A stretch of DNA of 64,000 nucleotides from an uncultured Gemmatimonadaceae bacterium (lineage in GTDB: Bacteria; Gemmatimonadota; Gemmatimonadetes; Gemmatimonadales; Gemmatimonadaceae), in assembly GCA_963729495.1 (NCBI GenBank), contig CAVSOM010000013.1:7247-71246 (forward strand). The letters run 5' to 3'. Positions within the stretch are counted from its first letter, which is position 1. Each line of letters begins with the position of its first letter. Positions 11,144 to 21,765 of this stretch are shown here, piece after piece. The notes under the pieces were generated by a model. It was not told the origin of the DNA, made no database searches, and worked only from the letters and a program-made list of their open reading frames with translations. Position numbers and translations under genes: made by a program.

Positions 11144-13095
11144 GCCCGCGGCGCGCGGCCGCCCTGGCCGCGGCCGTCCTGCTCGCGGTGTACGCGGCCA
11201 CCCTCGCCCCCGGCGTGACCTTCTGGGACGCCGGCGAATTCATCGCCGCCGCCCACGCGCTGGGCATCCCGCATCCGCCGGGCACGCCGCTGTTCGTCAT
11301 GCTCCTCCACGCCTGGGCCTCGCTGGCCGGCCACGTCGTGCCCTACGCCGTGGCCACGAACCTCGCCTCGGCCCTCTGCACCGCCGGTGCCGCGGGGCTG
11401 GCGGCCTGGATCCTCGCCGGCGGCAGTCCGCGCGTGCCGGGCGGCGCGGCGGTGGCCGCGGCGCTCACCGCGGGCGCGATGTCCACGGTGTGGCTGAACG
11501 CGACGGAGACCGAGGTGTACGCCGCGTCGCTGCTGCTCGCCATGGGCACGCTCGCCGCCGCGGCGCGCGCCTCGCGCGAGCCGGGCGTGCGCTGGCTGGT
11601 GCTCACGGCGTATCTCACGGCGCTGGCGGTGCCGCTCCACCTGAGCGCGTTGGTCGCCACGCCGGCCGCGGTCGTGCTCGTGGGCCAGCGCGACGACGGC
11701 GTGGATCTGCCGCGGGCCCTGGCGCTGGCCGGCGCGTGGGTCCTGTCCGTTGGTGCCGGGCGGGTGAGCGTTCCCCTACTCGCGGTTGGGGGCGTCGTGC
11801 TCATCGCCGCCGGCGCGGCATGGGCCCGGCGCGGGGGTGCGCGACGAGGCGCGGCAACGGCGGCGGCGGTGGCCGGCGTGTGCGTGGTGGCGGTCTCGGC
11901 GGTGGCATTCATGCTCGTGCGCGCCCGGTTCGACCCGTTCATCAATCAGGGCGACCCGTCGAGCTGGCAGGCGTTGCTCGACGCGGTGGCGCGGCGCCAG
12001 TACGACGTGGCGCCCCTGTGGCCGCGGCAGGCGCCGGCGTGGCTGCAACTGGCGAACGTCGGCCAGTACGCCGATTGGCAGGTGGCGCTCGGCCTCGGGC
12101 CCACGGTGTTGCCGAGCGCGGGGGGCACGATCGCGACCGCGGCATTCCTGGCGCTGGGCGTGTTCGGGGCCGCGCGTCACCGCGACGACGACCGGCGCAC
12201 GTGGCGGGCGCTGGTCACGCTCTTCGTGTGCGGCACGCTGGGAGTGGCTGTGTATCTGAATCTCAAGGCCGGGCCCTCGCTCGGCGCCGGCGTCCTCGCC
12301 CCGTCGGCGCTGCACGAAGCCCGCGAGCGCGACTACTTCTTCTCGCTCGGGTTCTGGGCGTGGGGCCTGTGGGCGGGATACGGCGCCGTGGCGCTGGCGC
12401 GGCGGCTCGGTCGCGGCTCCGGCGTCGGCGTCGCCGTGGCGGCGCTTCCGATCGCGCTCAACTGGAGCGCCGTGACGCGGCGCCACGAGCCGGAGGCGTC
12501 GCTGCCCACGCGCTGGGCCACCGGGCTGCTGGGGGCCACGCCGCGCAACGCGGTGCTGCTCGCGGCGGGGGACAACGACACCTACCCGCTGTGGTACGCG
12601 CAGGAGGTGCTGGGCGTCCGCCGCGACGTGCGCGTGGTGACGCTGCCGCTCATGCCGGCCGGCTGGTACCGGGCGGAGTTGCACCGCCGGGGGGATCTGC
12701 TGCCGGCGCCGAAGCCGGGCGATTGGCGCGGCGACGACCTGTCGGAAGCGGCGATCGTCGTGCAGCGAGCCGAAGGGGAGGGGCGCGCCGTGGCCGTGTC
12801 GGTGCTCGTTCCCGCCGCCGATCGCGAAACGTTGGGGCGCGTGTGGACCGCGAACGGATTGGTGTTCGTGCTCGATACCGCGACGGCCCGCGCGGGCGCG
12901 CGCGAGATCGCCCTGGACGCAACGGCGGCCAGGACGCTGGCCGCGTTCGGCGCCGGCGGCGCGAACGGGGTACGCGAGTCCACCGATCCCGCGGACGGTT
13001 ATTTTGAGGCGCTGTTGGGGTGTCCGGGATACCTGCTCCGGCGGGCCGCCGGCCCCCCCTCGGCGTCCCTTGATTCGCTATGTAACTTCCAGTAA
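11140..13095 (+). CDS. DUF2723-type (GT-C-like) polytopic membrane protein
   Basis: Downstream part of ORF 10381..13095; the first ~760 nt overlap cdaA in another frame. Multi-TM N-terminal half with TFWDAGEFIAAAHALGIPHPPGTPLF, the characteristic opening of DUF2723 proteins. No ATG or GTG sits at the expected start. 11140 (CTG) is a placeholder and GTG 11188 is an alternative. Confidence 0.6.
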   Translation: MSPRRAAALAAAVLLAVYAATLAPGVTFWDAGEFIAAAHALGIPHPPGTPLFVMLLHAWASLAGHVVPYAVATNLASALCTAGAAGLAAWILAGGSPRVPGGAAVAAALTAGAMSTVWLNATETEVYAASLLLAMGTLAAAARASREPGVRWLVLTAYLTALAVPLHLSALVATPAAVVLVGQRDDGVDLPRALALAGAWVLSVGAGRVSVPLLAVGGVVLIAAGAAWARRGGARRGAATAAAVAGVCVVAVSAVAFMLVRARFDPFINQGDPSSWQALLDAVARRQYDVAPLWPRQAPAWLQLANVGQYADWQVALGLGPTVLPSAGGTIATAAFLALGVFGAARHRDDDRRTWRALVTLFVCGTLGVAVYLNLKAGPSLGAGVLAPSALHEARERDYFFSLGFWAWGLWAGYGAVALARRLGRGSGVGVAVAALPIALNWSAVTRRHEPEASLPTRWATGLLGATPRNAVLLAAGDNDTYPLWYAQEVLGVRRDVRVVTLPLMPAGWYRAELHRRGDLLPAPKPGDWRGDDLSEAAIVVQRAEGEGRAVAVSVLVPAADRETLGRVWTANGLVFVLDTATARAGAREIALDATAARTLAAFGAGGANGVRESTDPADGYFEALLGCPGYLLRRAAGPPSASLDSLCNFQ

Positions 13096-13106
13096 ATTCG
13101 TGTGTT

Positions 13107-13793
13107 ATGCCATTTTCGGACCTACCGGAGCGGGTGGCGGACGTGCGGGGCCGGATCGGCGCGGCGGCGGTACGCGGCGGACACGGCCAGGCGGTGACGC
13201 TGGTGGCAGTGACCAAGACCCACGGGGCCGACGCCGTGGCGGCGGCCGTGGCGGCCGGCGTGCCGGATGTGGGGGAGAATCGCGTGCAGGAGGCGCTGCA
13301 GAAGATGGGGCCGGCGACGGCCGGTGCGCGGTGGCATCTGATCGGGCACCTGCAGCGGAACAAGGTGAAGTGGCTGTCGCGGTTCGTGCTGATGCACGCG
13401 CTCGACCGGTCGGCGCTGGCCGACGCCATCGACGGGTTGGGGCGCGCCGAGGGGCGGGTGTTCGACGTGCTGATGCAGGTGAACGTGGTGGGGGAAGACT
13501 CGAAGGGCGGGTACGGGCCGGCGGCGTGGGAGGCGGAAGCGGAGCGCCTGCGCGGGCTGGCCGGGTTGCGGGTGCGGGGCGTGATGACGATGGCGCCGTT
13601 GGACGCCGACGAACGGACGCTGCGCGCGGTGTTTTCGGGGGCGCGCCGCGCGCGGGCCGTGCTGGGCGCGGCCGGCCACGAGGCCGCCGAATTGTCCATG
13701 GGCATGTCGAACGATTTCGAGGTCGCGGTGGAGGAGGGCGCCACCTGCGTCCGCCTGGGAACCATTCTCTTCGGAGCGAGAGCGCATGATTGA
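13107..13793 (+). CDS. yggS: YggS-family pyridoxal-phosphate homeostasis protein
   Basis: ORF 13107..13793 with motifs VAVTKT (PLP lysine), GENRVQE, HLIGHLQRNK and SMGMSNDF. Confidence 0.9.
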   Translation: MPFSDLPERVADVRGRIGAAAVRGGHGQAVTLVAVTKTHGADAVAAAVAAGVPDVGENRVQEALQKMGPATAGARWHLIGHLQRNKVKWLSRFVLMHALDRSALADAIDGLGRAEGRVFDVLMQVNVVGEDSKGGYGPAAWEAEAERLRGLAGLRVRGVMTMAPLDADERTLRAVFSGARRARAVLGAAGHEAAELSMGMSNDFEVAVEEGATCVRLGTILFGARAHD

Positions 13794-14277
13794 TGACACG
13801 TTTCATCTCACGCCACTCGATGTGCGGCGCTACGATTTCGGCCGGGCGCTGCGCGGCTACGACCCCGAGCGCGTGGACCAGTTCCGCGAGCAGGTGGCCG
13901 AGGAGTTGGAGCGGCTGTCGCGGCTCAATCAGGAGCTGGACGCCAAGGCCAAGGGGTTCCACGAGCAGCTGCGGGCATTCCGTGAGCGCGACAAGGCGCT
14001 GAACGACGCGCTGGTGTCGGCCCAGCAGCTCCGCTCGGAGATCGCCGAGCAGGCGGAACGCGAGGGGCAGCTCGTGGTGCGCGAAGCGCGCGCCGAGGGG
14101 GACCGGCTGCTCGACCAGGCGCGGGGGGACCTGCGGCAGATCCAGCAGGAGATGTTGGCGCTCGAGCGCTCGCGCCGGACGCACGTGGCGCAGTACCGGG
14201 CGCTGCTGGAGCGGCAGTTGGCCGAGCTGGCCGCGGCCGAGAGCCTTCCGTCGGCCGACGCCGGCGGGGACGCCTGA
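13786..14277 (+). CDS. divIVA: DivIVA-domain cell-division / polarity protein
   Basis: ORF 13786..14277. N-terminal LTPLDVRRYDFGRALRGYDPERVDQF is followed by a long coiled-coil. It overlaps the yggS stop by 8 nt; yggS-divIVA linkage is common. Confidence 0.85.
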   Translation: MIDDTFHLTPLDVRRYDFGRALRGYDPERVDQFREQVAEELERLSRLNQELDAKAKGFHEQLRAFRERDKALNDALVSAQQLRSEIAEQAEREGQLVVREARAEGDRLLDQARGDLRQIQQEMLALERSRRTHVAQYRALLERQLAELAAAESLPSADAGGDA

Positions 14278-14288
14278 CGGCCGTTCGC

Positions 14289-15137
14289 ATGGCGACGCTC
14301 GCGTTCCCCGCCGCCGAAGGGCCCATCGGCCCGCGGATTGCCGCGGCCGCCGACGCCGTGCGGGCGCGTTTTCCGCGGCGTCCCGACGCGGCGATCATTC
14401 TCGGAACGGGGCTTGGGGCGCTGGCCGAGGAGATCGACGTCGAGGCGACGATCGCGTACGCCGACATCCCGGGGTTTCCGGAGCCCACGGTGGAGGCCCA
14501 CGCGGGTCGTCTGCTGTGCGGCACGCTGGCCGGCCGCACGGTGCTGGCCATGCAGGGGCGTTTCCACCGGTACGAGGGATTCTCGCTCCAGCAGGTGACG
14601 CTGCCGGTGCGCGTGCTGCACGCGCTGGGGGCGCCGGTGCTGATCGTGTCGAACGCCTGCGGCGGGATGAACCCCGAGTGGGCGCCGGGCGATCTCATGC
14701 TGATCGCCGATCACATCAATCTGCTCGGCGACAATCCACTGATCGGGCCGAGCGACGACGCGCGGGGGCCCCGCTTTCCCGACATGTCCGACCCGTATGA
14801 CGCGGCGCTTCGGGCGACGGCGCGCGAGGTGGCGCGGGCCGAGGGGCTGACGCTGCGCGAAGGGGTGTACGTGGCCGTGGCCGGCCCGAATCTCGAGACG
14901 CGGGCGGAATACCGGATGCTGCGGCGCCTGGGCGCCGATGCGGTAGGGATGTCGACCGTGCCCGAGGTGATCGTGGCGGTGCACGAGGGCATGCGGGTGC
15001 TCGGCGTCTCGATCGTGACCGACGCGTGTATTCCCGAGACGCTCACGCCGACCAGCCTGGCCGACGTGCTCGCCGTGGCGCGCGGGGCGGAGCCCAAGCT
15101 GGGCCGGCTGGTGCACGGCGTGCTGGAGCGGCTGTGA
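14289..15137 (+). CDS. punA: Purine nucleoside phosphorylase (PNP/MTAP family)
   Basis: ORF 14289..15137 with motifs ILGTGLG, GRFHRYEG, ACGGMNP and VGMSTVPE. Confidence 0.85.
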   Translation: MATLAFPAAEGPIGPRIAAAADAVRARFPRRPDAAIILGTGLGALAEEIDVEATIAYADIPGFPEPTVEAHAGRLLCGTLAGRTVLAMQGRFHRYEGFSLQQVTLPVRVLHALGAPVLIVSNACGGMNPEWAPGDLMLIADHINLLGDNPLIGPSDDARGPRFPDMSDPYDAALRATAREVARAEGLTLREGVYVAVAGPNLETRAEYRMLRRLGADAVGMSTVPEVIVAVHEGMRVLGVSIVTDACIPETLTPTSLADVLAVARGAEPKLGRLVHGVLERL

Positions 15138-18100
15138 CGGAGGGGGCGGTGGCGCGATTCGCGATGCTGCCCGGCGACCGCTCGGCGGACGACCTGGAGC
15201 GCGAGGTGCTGGCGCGCTGGGAGGCCGAGGACCTGTTCGGGCGCACGCTGGCGGCGGCCGAGGGGCGCCCGTCATTCGTGTTCTTTGAAGGGCCGCCGAC
15301 GGCCAACGGTAAACCGGGCATCCATCACGTGTTCTCGCGCACGATCAAGGACCTGTTCTGCCGCCACCGGGCGATGAAGGGGTTCCGGGTGGAGCGGAAG
15401 GCGGGGTGGGATACGCACGGGCTGCCGGTGGAGATCGAGGTCGAGAAGCGCCTCGGCATCAGCGGCAAGCAGGACATCGAGGCGCTGGGTGTGGCCGAGT
15501 TCAACCGCCTGTCGCGCGAGAGCGTGTTCACGTACCGCGCCGACTGGGAGGCGCTGAGCCGCCGCATCGGCTACTGGCTGGACTACGCGCACCCCTACGT
15601 GACGTACCACCACGAGTACGTGGAGAGCGTGTGGTGGGCCCTCAAGACGCTGTACGACCGGGACTATCTGTACCGCGGGCACAAGATCCTGCCGTACTGC
15701 CCGCGCTGCGGCACCGCGCTGTCGAGCCACGAGGTGGCGCAGGGCTACGAGGACGTGGACGATCCGAGCATCTACGTGGCGCTCGACCTGGCGGGGCCCG
15801 ACGGCGGGGCCGGCGCCGGCCGCCGGATCCTGGTCTGGACGACCACGCCGTGGACGCTGGTATCGAACACCGCGCTCGCCGTGCGCCCAGACCTGGGCTA
15901 CGTGGAACTGGTGCGCAAGGCGAGCGCCGACACGCGCACGCTGATCGTGGCCGAGTCGCGCGTGCGGGCGGCGCTGGGCGACGACTTCGCGGCGCGGTGG
16001 GATCTGGTGCGGCTGCTGCGCGGCGCCGAGCTGGTGGGGCTGCGCTACCGGCGGCCGTTCGACTGGCTGCCGTACCCGGAGGGCGAGCACGAGGTGATCG
16101 TGGGGGAGGAATTCGTGTCGGCCGACGACGGCACGGGCGTGGTGCATCTGTCGCCCGCGTTCGGGGCCGACGACTACGCGGCGGGCCGGCGGCACGGGCT
16201 CGCCTTCCTGCAGCCGGTGAATGCGCGTGGGGAGTTCGCGCCCGATCTGCCGGTGGCGGGCGGCAAGTTCGTGAAGGATGCCGACCCGCTGCTGATCGAG
16301 GAGCTGAAGCGCCGCGGCGTGCTGTGGCGGGCGGGCAAGATCACGCACGCGTATCCGCACTGCTGGCGGTGCGGCACGCCGCTCCTCTACTACGCGCGCA
16401 CGTCGTGGTTCGTGAAGACCACCGCGTACCGCGACGAGATGCTGGCCCGCAACGCGCGGGTGGACTGGCATCCGCCCGAAGTGGGCGAGGGGCGGTTCGG
16501 GGAGTGGCTCGAGCACAACATCGACTGGGCGATCTCGCGCGACCGGTACTGGGGCACGCCGCTTCCGGTCTGGCTGTGCGACGCCGACGACGCGCACGTG
16601 GACGTGGTGGGCGGATTCGCCGATCTGGCGGCGCGCGTGGGCGCGCCGCTCGCCGCCGACTTCGATCCGCACAAGCCGCACGTGGACGGCTACGCGTGGC
16701 CGTGCACGCGGGCGGGGTGCGGCGGCACGATGCGCCGCGTGAGCGAGGTGATCGACACCTGGTTCGATTCCGGCTCGATGCCGTTCGCCCAGTGGGGCTA
16801 TCCGCACGCGCCGGGCAGCCGCGCGCGGATGGCCGCGCAGTACCCCGCCGACTTCATCGCCGAAGGGGTGGACCAGACGCGCGGATGGTTCTACTCGCTG
16901 CTCGCCATCGCCACCGGGCTCGGGGACGCGCTGCCCAACAACGCGGGCGCGGCCGCGCGTGGCGTGGGGGCGGGCGCGGCGCCGTACGGCCACGTGGTCG
17001 TGAACGACCTCGTGCTCGACGCCGACGGCCAGAAGATGTCGAAGAGCAAGGGGAACGTGGTGGATCCGTGGGCCGTGATCGCCGAGCACGGCGTGGATGC
17101 GGTGCGGCTGTTCCTGGTGGCGTCGGCCGACGTCTCGGTGCCCCGCAAGTTCGACGAGCGGGCGATCCGCGAGCAGGCCGTCCGCTTCCTGCTCACGCTG
17201 CGCAACGTGTACAGCGGCATGTTCGCGCAGTACGCGAACTTCGGGTGGGCGCCGTCGCCGGCCGACCCGCCGCCGGCCGATCGAGCGCCGCTGGACCGGT
17301 GGATGCTGTCGCGGCTGGCCGACGTGGAGCAGCAGGTGGACGCCGCGCTCGAGCGCTACGACGCCACGGCGGCGGCGCGGCTGCTGATCCGGTTCGTGGA
17401 CGACGACGTGGCCAACTGGTACGTGCGCCTGAGCCGCGGCCGGTTCTACGACGTGGCCGCGGCCGACAACCGGGCGGCGTTCGCCACGCTGTACGACGTG
17501 CTGGTGACGACCTGCCGGCTGCTGGCGCCGCTGGCCCCGTTCCTCAGCGACTGGATGCACCGCGCGTTGACGGGACAGTCGGCGCACCTGGCGCCGTACG
17601 TGCGCGCCGGAGCGCCGGCCCGCGAGCCCGCGCTGGAGGTGGCGATGGCGGCGCTGCGCACCCTGGCCACGTTGGGCCGCGCGGCCCGCGAGGACGCCGG
17701 AGTGAAGGTGCGCGTGCCGCTGTCGCGGATGGTCTGCGTGGCGCCCGGCGTGGCGGAATCGGCGTTGGCGCCGCTGGTGGAGCTGCTGGCCAGCGAATTG
17801 AACGTGAAGCGAGTAGAATTCGCGACGACCGGCGACGCACTGGTCACGCTGGAGGCGAAGCCCAACTTCCGCACGCTGGGCAAGAAGTTCGGCGCGCAGA
17901 CGCCGCTGGCCGCCCGGGCGGTGCAGGCGCTCACGCCGCAGGCCCTGCGCGCGTTCCTGCGCGGCGAGCCGCTGGCCGTCGACGCCGGGGGGAAACGCAC
18001 CGGTTGGACGCGGACGATGTCACGATCGTGCATCGCGCGTCGGGCGCCCTGGTGGTGCAGGAGGCGGGAGGGTTCTTTGCGGCGCTCGACCCGGTGGTCA

Positions 18101-18384
18101 CGCCGGAACTGCGGCGCGAGGGGCTGGCTCGGGAGCTGGTCAGCCGCGTGCAGCGGCTGCGCAAGGAGTCGGGACTTGCGGTGAGCGACCGGATCGTGCT
18201 GTATGTCGGCGGCGAAGCGGGTGTGCGGGAGGCCGTGGAGGCCCACGGCGCGTGGATCGGCGGCGAGGTGCTGGCGACGGACGTGGTGTGGCGTGCAGAC
18301 GGCGCACCGGAAGATCAGACGACGATGCCGGCCGTGGGGCTCGACGGAGTCACGGCGCGGATCGCCATAACCAAGGCGGAGTAG
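15134..18384 (+). CDS. ileS: Isoleucyl-tRNA synthetase (frame broken near 17987-17992 as sequenced)
   Basis: ORF 15026..18184 read from GTG 15134 (GTGA overlap with the punA stop; ATG 15164 is an alternative). HIGH-type motif PTANGKPGIHH and KMSKS are present. After ...PLAVDAGG the frame degenerates. The frame of ORF 15406..18384 supplies ETHRLDADDVTIVHRASG...ARIAITKAE. This implies loss of 1 nt in the G-run 17987-17992. Confidence 0.9.
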
Positions 18385-18385
18385 C

Positions 18386-18799
18386 ATGGCCACCAAGGGC
18401 GCGAACAAGGTGAAGGGCATGCCGAAGAAGCAGCTGCAGCACTTCGAGAAGCGGTTGCTCGAAGAGCGCCGGCGCGTGCTGAAGGAGCTGGGCCAGTACG
18501 ACGAAGCGTTCGGGGCGACGCCGCAATCCGCCGACGGCGGCCTGAGCAGCTACTCGTTCCACATGGCCGATCAGGGCACCGATGCGATGGAACGGGAGAA
18601 GGCGTTCCTGTTCGCCAGCCAGGAGGGGAGGTTCCTCTGGCACATCGACGAGGCCCTGCGGCGTCTGTACCGGTCGCCCGAGACGTACGGCCTCTGCCAT
18701 TCGTGCGGCAACTTGATCGGATTCGACCGGCTGGACGCGCTCCCGCACGCTCGCTACTGCATCGAGTGCAAACAGCGTGAGGAAGATGGCAAGAAATAA
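18386..18799 (+). CDS. DksA/TraR-family C4 zinc-finger protein
   Basis: ORF 18386..18799 with C4 finger CHSCGNLIGFDRLDALPHARYCIECK preceded by a coiled-coil region. Confidence 0.8.
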   Translation: MATKGANKVKGMPKKQLQHFEKRLLEERRRVLKELGQYDEAFGATPQSADGGLSSYSFHMADQGTDAMEREKAFLFASQEGRFLWHIDEALRRLYRSPETYGLCHSCGNLIGFDRLDALPHARYCIECKQREEDGKK

Positions 18800-19337
18800 C
18801 GCCGCGTGGTTCTGGCCCGTGTTGCTCGCGGTGACGGCGGCCGACGTCGCCACCAAGTGGCTGGCCCAGCGGTTCCTGCCGTTGCCGCAGTTGCCCCACG
18901 AACTGTTCGGAAACGCCGTCCGCCTCACGCTGGTCTACAATCCGGGTGCGGCATTCGGCCTCAGCCTCGGGGCCCATTCCCGGTGGATCTTCATGGCGCT
19001 GATCATCGCCGCCCTGGCAATCCTGGCGCGCCTGTACGCCGCCACGCGTCCCGGCCACGTGGGGCGCGTGGTTGCCCTGGCCCTCGTCTGCGGCGGCGCG
19101 CTGGGCAACCTGCTCGACCGCGTCCGGTCGGGCATGGGCGTGGTGGACTTCATCGACGTCGGCGTGCGCGACGCGCGGTGGCCCACGTTCAACGTAGCCG
19201 ACATGGCGGTGACGACGGGCGCGCTCCTGCTCGCCGTCGTGCTGTGGGCCGAAGACCGCCGGGCGGCGGCGGTGGCGGTGGCGCCCGCGGTGGCGCCGGC
19301 GCCGATCGGCGAGGATCCGGCCGGCGAAGCCTCCTGA
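18786..19337 (+). CDS. lspA: Lipoprotein signal peptidase (signal peptidase II), copy 1
   Basis: ORF 18777..19337 (ATG 18786 preferred) with motifs NPGAAFGL, GGALGNLLDR, VVDFID and FNVADM. Confidence 0.85.
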   Translation: MARNNAAWFWPVLLAVTAADVATKWLAQRFLPLPQLPHELFGNAVRLTLVYNPGAAFGLSLGAHSRWIFMALIIAALAILARLYAATRPGHVGRVVALALVCGGALGNLLDRVRSGMGVVDFIDVGVRDARWPTFNVADMAVTTGALLLAVVLWAEDRRAAAVAVAPAVAPAPIGEDPAGEAS

Positions 19338-19347
19338 CCCCCGGTTC

Positions 19348-19847
19348 ATGACCAGCGCCGCCGCCCCTCGCCGACTGTTCTGGATCGCCGCCGGATGCGT
19401 GATCGTCCTCGACGTGATCACCAAGGCGCTCGCCGTAGGCCATCTGACTCCGTACGTGCCGCACGACGTGCTGGGGTCGTACGGCCGCCTCACCCTGGCG
19501 TTCAATCCGGGGGCCGCGTTCAGCATGTCCGTCGGACGGTACTCGCGCGTCCTGTTCGGCAGCTTCGCCGTGGTCGCTCTCGTGGTGCTGTGGCAGATGG
19601 CGCGCGGCAGCACACGCGAGGAATGGCTGAAGGTGCTGGGCCTCGGGCTGGCCTGGGGGGCGCGGCGGGCAACCTGATCGACCGCCTCCGATCGGGGCGC
19701 GGCGTGGTGGACTTCATCGATTTGGGCGTGGGCAGCGTGCGCTTCTGGACCTTCAACGTGGCCGACTCGGGCGTGACGATCGGCGCCTGCCTGCTGGTGG
19801 TGGCGCTCTGGATCGAGGAGCGCCGGCGCCTGCACGCGCGTGAGTGA
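19348..19847 (+). CDS. lspA: Lipoprotein signal peptidase paralog, copy 2 (frame broken near 19655-19660 as sequenced)
   Basis: ORF 19348..19677 (..FNPGAAFSM..) joins the frame of ORF 19395..19847 (..[37 protein letters not shown]..). The break is at the G-run 19655-19660. Confidence 0.75.
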
Positions 19848-20838
19848 CGGGTTGCCGGGGCTCGAGCGGTTCGCGGCGCCCGAGGCGGCGCCGCGGCTCG
19901 ACGTGCTCGTGGCGACGCACCTCGACCTGTCGCGCAACCAGGCGGCGACGCTGATTGCCGGCGGCCGCGTGCTCGTGGACGGCGCACGCCAAAAAGCGAG
20001 CTTTCGCGCCGAGCCCGGCGCGGTGGTCGAGGTGCGCGTTCCGGCCCCGCCCGTACGCGAGGTGATCGCCGAATCCATCGCCCTGGCCGTGGCCTACGAG
20101 GACGACGACGTGCTCGTGGTCGACAAGCCGGCGGGCATGGTCGTGCACCCGGCGCCGGGCAACTGGAGCGGCACGCTGGTGAACGCGCTCAAGGGGCGGG
20201 GCGGGGCGCTGGCCGAGGGCGGCGGGGCCGCCGGAGTAGACCGGGCGGGGATCGTGCACCGCCTGGACAAGGAGACGTCGGGCTTGCTGCTCGTGGCCAA
20301 GACCGATCGCGCCCACCGCGTGTTGGGGGCCGCGCTCGCGCGGCGGGAGATCGTGCGCCGCTACGCCGCGCTCAGTTGGGGACATCTGGCCGAGGACGAC
20401 GTGACGGTGGACCGTCCGCTGGGCCGCGACCCCCGCGACCGCAAACGGATGGCGGTGGTGGCCACGGGCCGTGCGGCGAAGACCACCTTTCATCGCTTGG
20501 CGCGGTTCTCGGCGGTGGATCTGCTGCGGGCCCACCTGTCCACGGGGCGCACGCACCAGATTCGCGTCCACCTGGCGGCCATCGGCCACCCGGTGGTGGG
20601 CGATGACACGTACGGCGGTGGCGGCGCCCGGCGGCTGGTTTCGCTGCCTCCCAAGCGGCATTTTCTCCATGCGGCCTGGCTGGTGTTCCGGCATCCGGTG
20701 TCGGGGGAGCGGATCGAGTTGCGGTCGCCGCTGCCCGCGGATCTGACCGCCGCGCTCACCGCGGTGGCCGGCGACGACGTGGTGTTCGGTGGGGCCGATC
20801 CCCTGGCGTATTTTGGTTTCTACGAGTCCCATGGCTGA
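19840..20838 (+). CDS. rluD: RluA-family 23S rRNA pseudouridine synthase (RluD-like)
   Basis: ORF 19840..20838. N-terminal S4-like region, catalytic [15 protein letters not shown] and GRTHQIRVH. Confidence 0.9.
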   Translation: MSDGLPGLERFAAPEAAPRLDVLVATHLDLSRNQAATLIAGGRVLVDGARQKASFRAEPGAVVEVRVPAPPVREVIAESIALAVAYEDDDVLVVDKPAGMVVHPAPGNWSGTLVNALKGRGGALAEGGGAAGVDRAGIVHRLDKETSGLLLVAKTDRAHRVLGAALARREIVRRYAALSWGHLAEDDVTVDRPLGRDPRDRKRMAVVATGRAAKTTFHRLARFSAVDLLRAHLSTGRTHQIRVHLAAIGHPVVGDDTYGGGGARRLVSLPPKRHFLHAAWLVFRHPVSGERIELRSPLPADLTAALTAVAGDDVVFGGADPLAYFGFYESHG

Positions 20839-21247
20839 AGCGCACGAGGTGCGAACCCTGCTGTTTCGCGTGGGGGCGAGCGTGTACGGCTGCGACATCG
20901 CCGCGGTGCGCGAGATCGTCCCGTTCCGGCCGGCGACGCGGCTGCCGGGCACCAAGCCCTACGTGAACGGACTGGTGAACCTGCGGGGCTCGATCGTCAC
21001 GGTGGTGGACTTGGGGGGGCGGCTGGGCGCGGGGGCGGCGGGCGCCGAGGGGTCGATCATCATCGTCGAGATCGACGGGCGGCGGCTGGGCCTGGGGGTG
21101 GGGGACGTGATGGACGTGGTGCCGTTGCGGGTGGAACCGGCGCCCGAAGAGCGGGCCGACGAGGTCGTCCGCGGGCTGGGACATCTGGACGGAACAATCG
21201 TCATAGTACTTGATGTGGGGGCGCTGATGGCGCAGGTGTTGGTGTGA
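20831..21247 (+). CDS. cheW: CheW coupling protein
   Basis: ORF 20789..21247, start ATG 20831 overlapping the rluD stop. CheW-fold sequence LLFRVGASVYGCDIAAVREIV...VNLRGSIVTVVDLG...VGDVMDVV. Confidence 0.85.
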   Translation: MAEAHEVRTLLFRVGASVYGCDIAAVREIVPFRPATRLPGTKPYVNGLVNLRGSIVTVVDLGGRLGAGAAGAEGSIIIVEIDGRRLGLGVGDVMDVVPLRVEPAPEERADEVVRGLGHLDGTIVIVLDVGALMAQVLV

Positions 21248-21253
21248 TGGGAA

Positions 21254-21325
21254 GTACGAGGGTACGAGGGGTCGAGGGTACGAGGGTCGCGCGGGCGCGC
21301 GGCGGTTCCTGCCCGACTGCCCGAC
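21254..21325. repeat. Octamer tandem repeats: 4 x GTACGAGG-type units (21254-21285), then 2 x CTGCCCGA units (21309-21324)
   Basis: Read directly in the cheW|cheY spacer: gtacgagg gtacgagg ggtcgagg gtacgagg ... ctgcccga ctgcccga. The same two octamers recur at 48649-48728 and 57077-57108. Confidence 0.8.
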
Positions 21326-21394
21326 AGGTCGCCCTTCGGCATCCCGGCGTGAGCGGAGCGGTCGTTGTCATGCGTTGATCTTCACGGGAGCGAC

Positions 21395-21757
21395 ATGAGC
21401 CACACGGTGTTGATTTGCGACGACGCGATCTTCATGCGGACGATGGTGGGGGACATCCTCCAGTCGGCCGGATTCGAGATCGTCGGCGAGGCGGAGACCG
21501 GCGTGCAGGCGGTGGAGAAGTACAAGCAGCTGCGTCCGGATCTGGTCACGATGGACATCGTGATGCCGGACATGGGGGGCATCGACGCGGTGCGGGAGAT
21601 CGCGAAGTTCGACCCGCAGGCGAAGATCCTCATGTGCAGCGCCATGGGGCAGCAGGCGTTGGTGGTGGAGGCGATCCAGGCGGGGGCCAAGGACTTCGTG
21701 GTGAAGCCCTTCCAGCCGAGCCGCGTGCTCGAAGCCGTCCAGCGCGTGCTGGGATAA
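21395..21757 (+). CDS. cheY: CheY-like single-domain response regulator
   Basis: ORF 21365..21757, start ATG 21395 with GGGAG 4 nt upstream. Receiver motifs VLICDD, phospho-acceptor context VTMDIVMPDMGG and VVKPF. Confidence 0.9.
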   Translation: MSHTVLICDDAIFMRTMVGDILQSAGFEIVGEAETGVQAVEKYKQLRPDLVTMDIVMPDMGGIDAVREIAKFDPQAKILMCSAMGQQALVVEAIQAGAKDFVVKPFQPSRVLEAVQRVLG

Positions 21758-21765
21758 GCGGAGCG

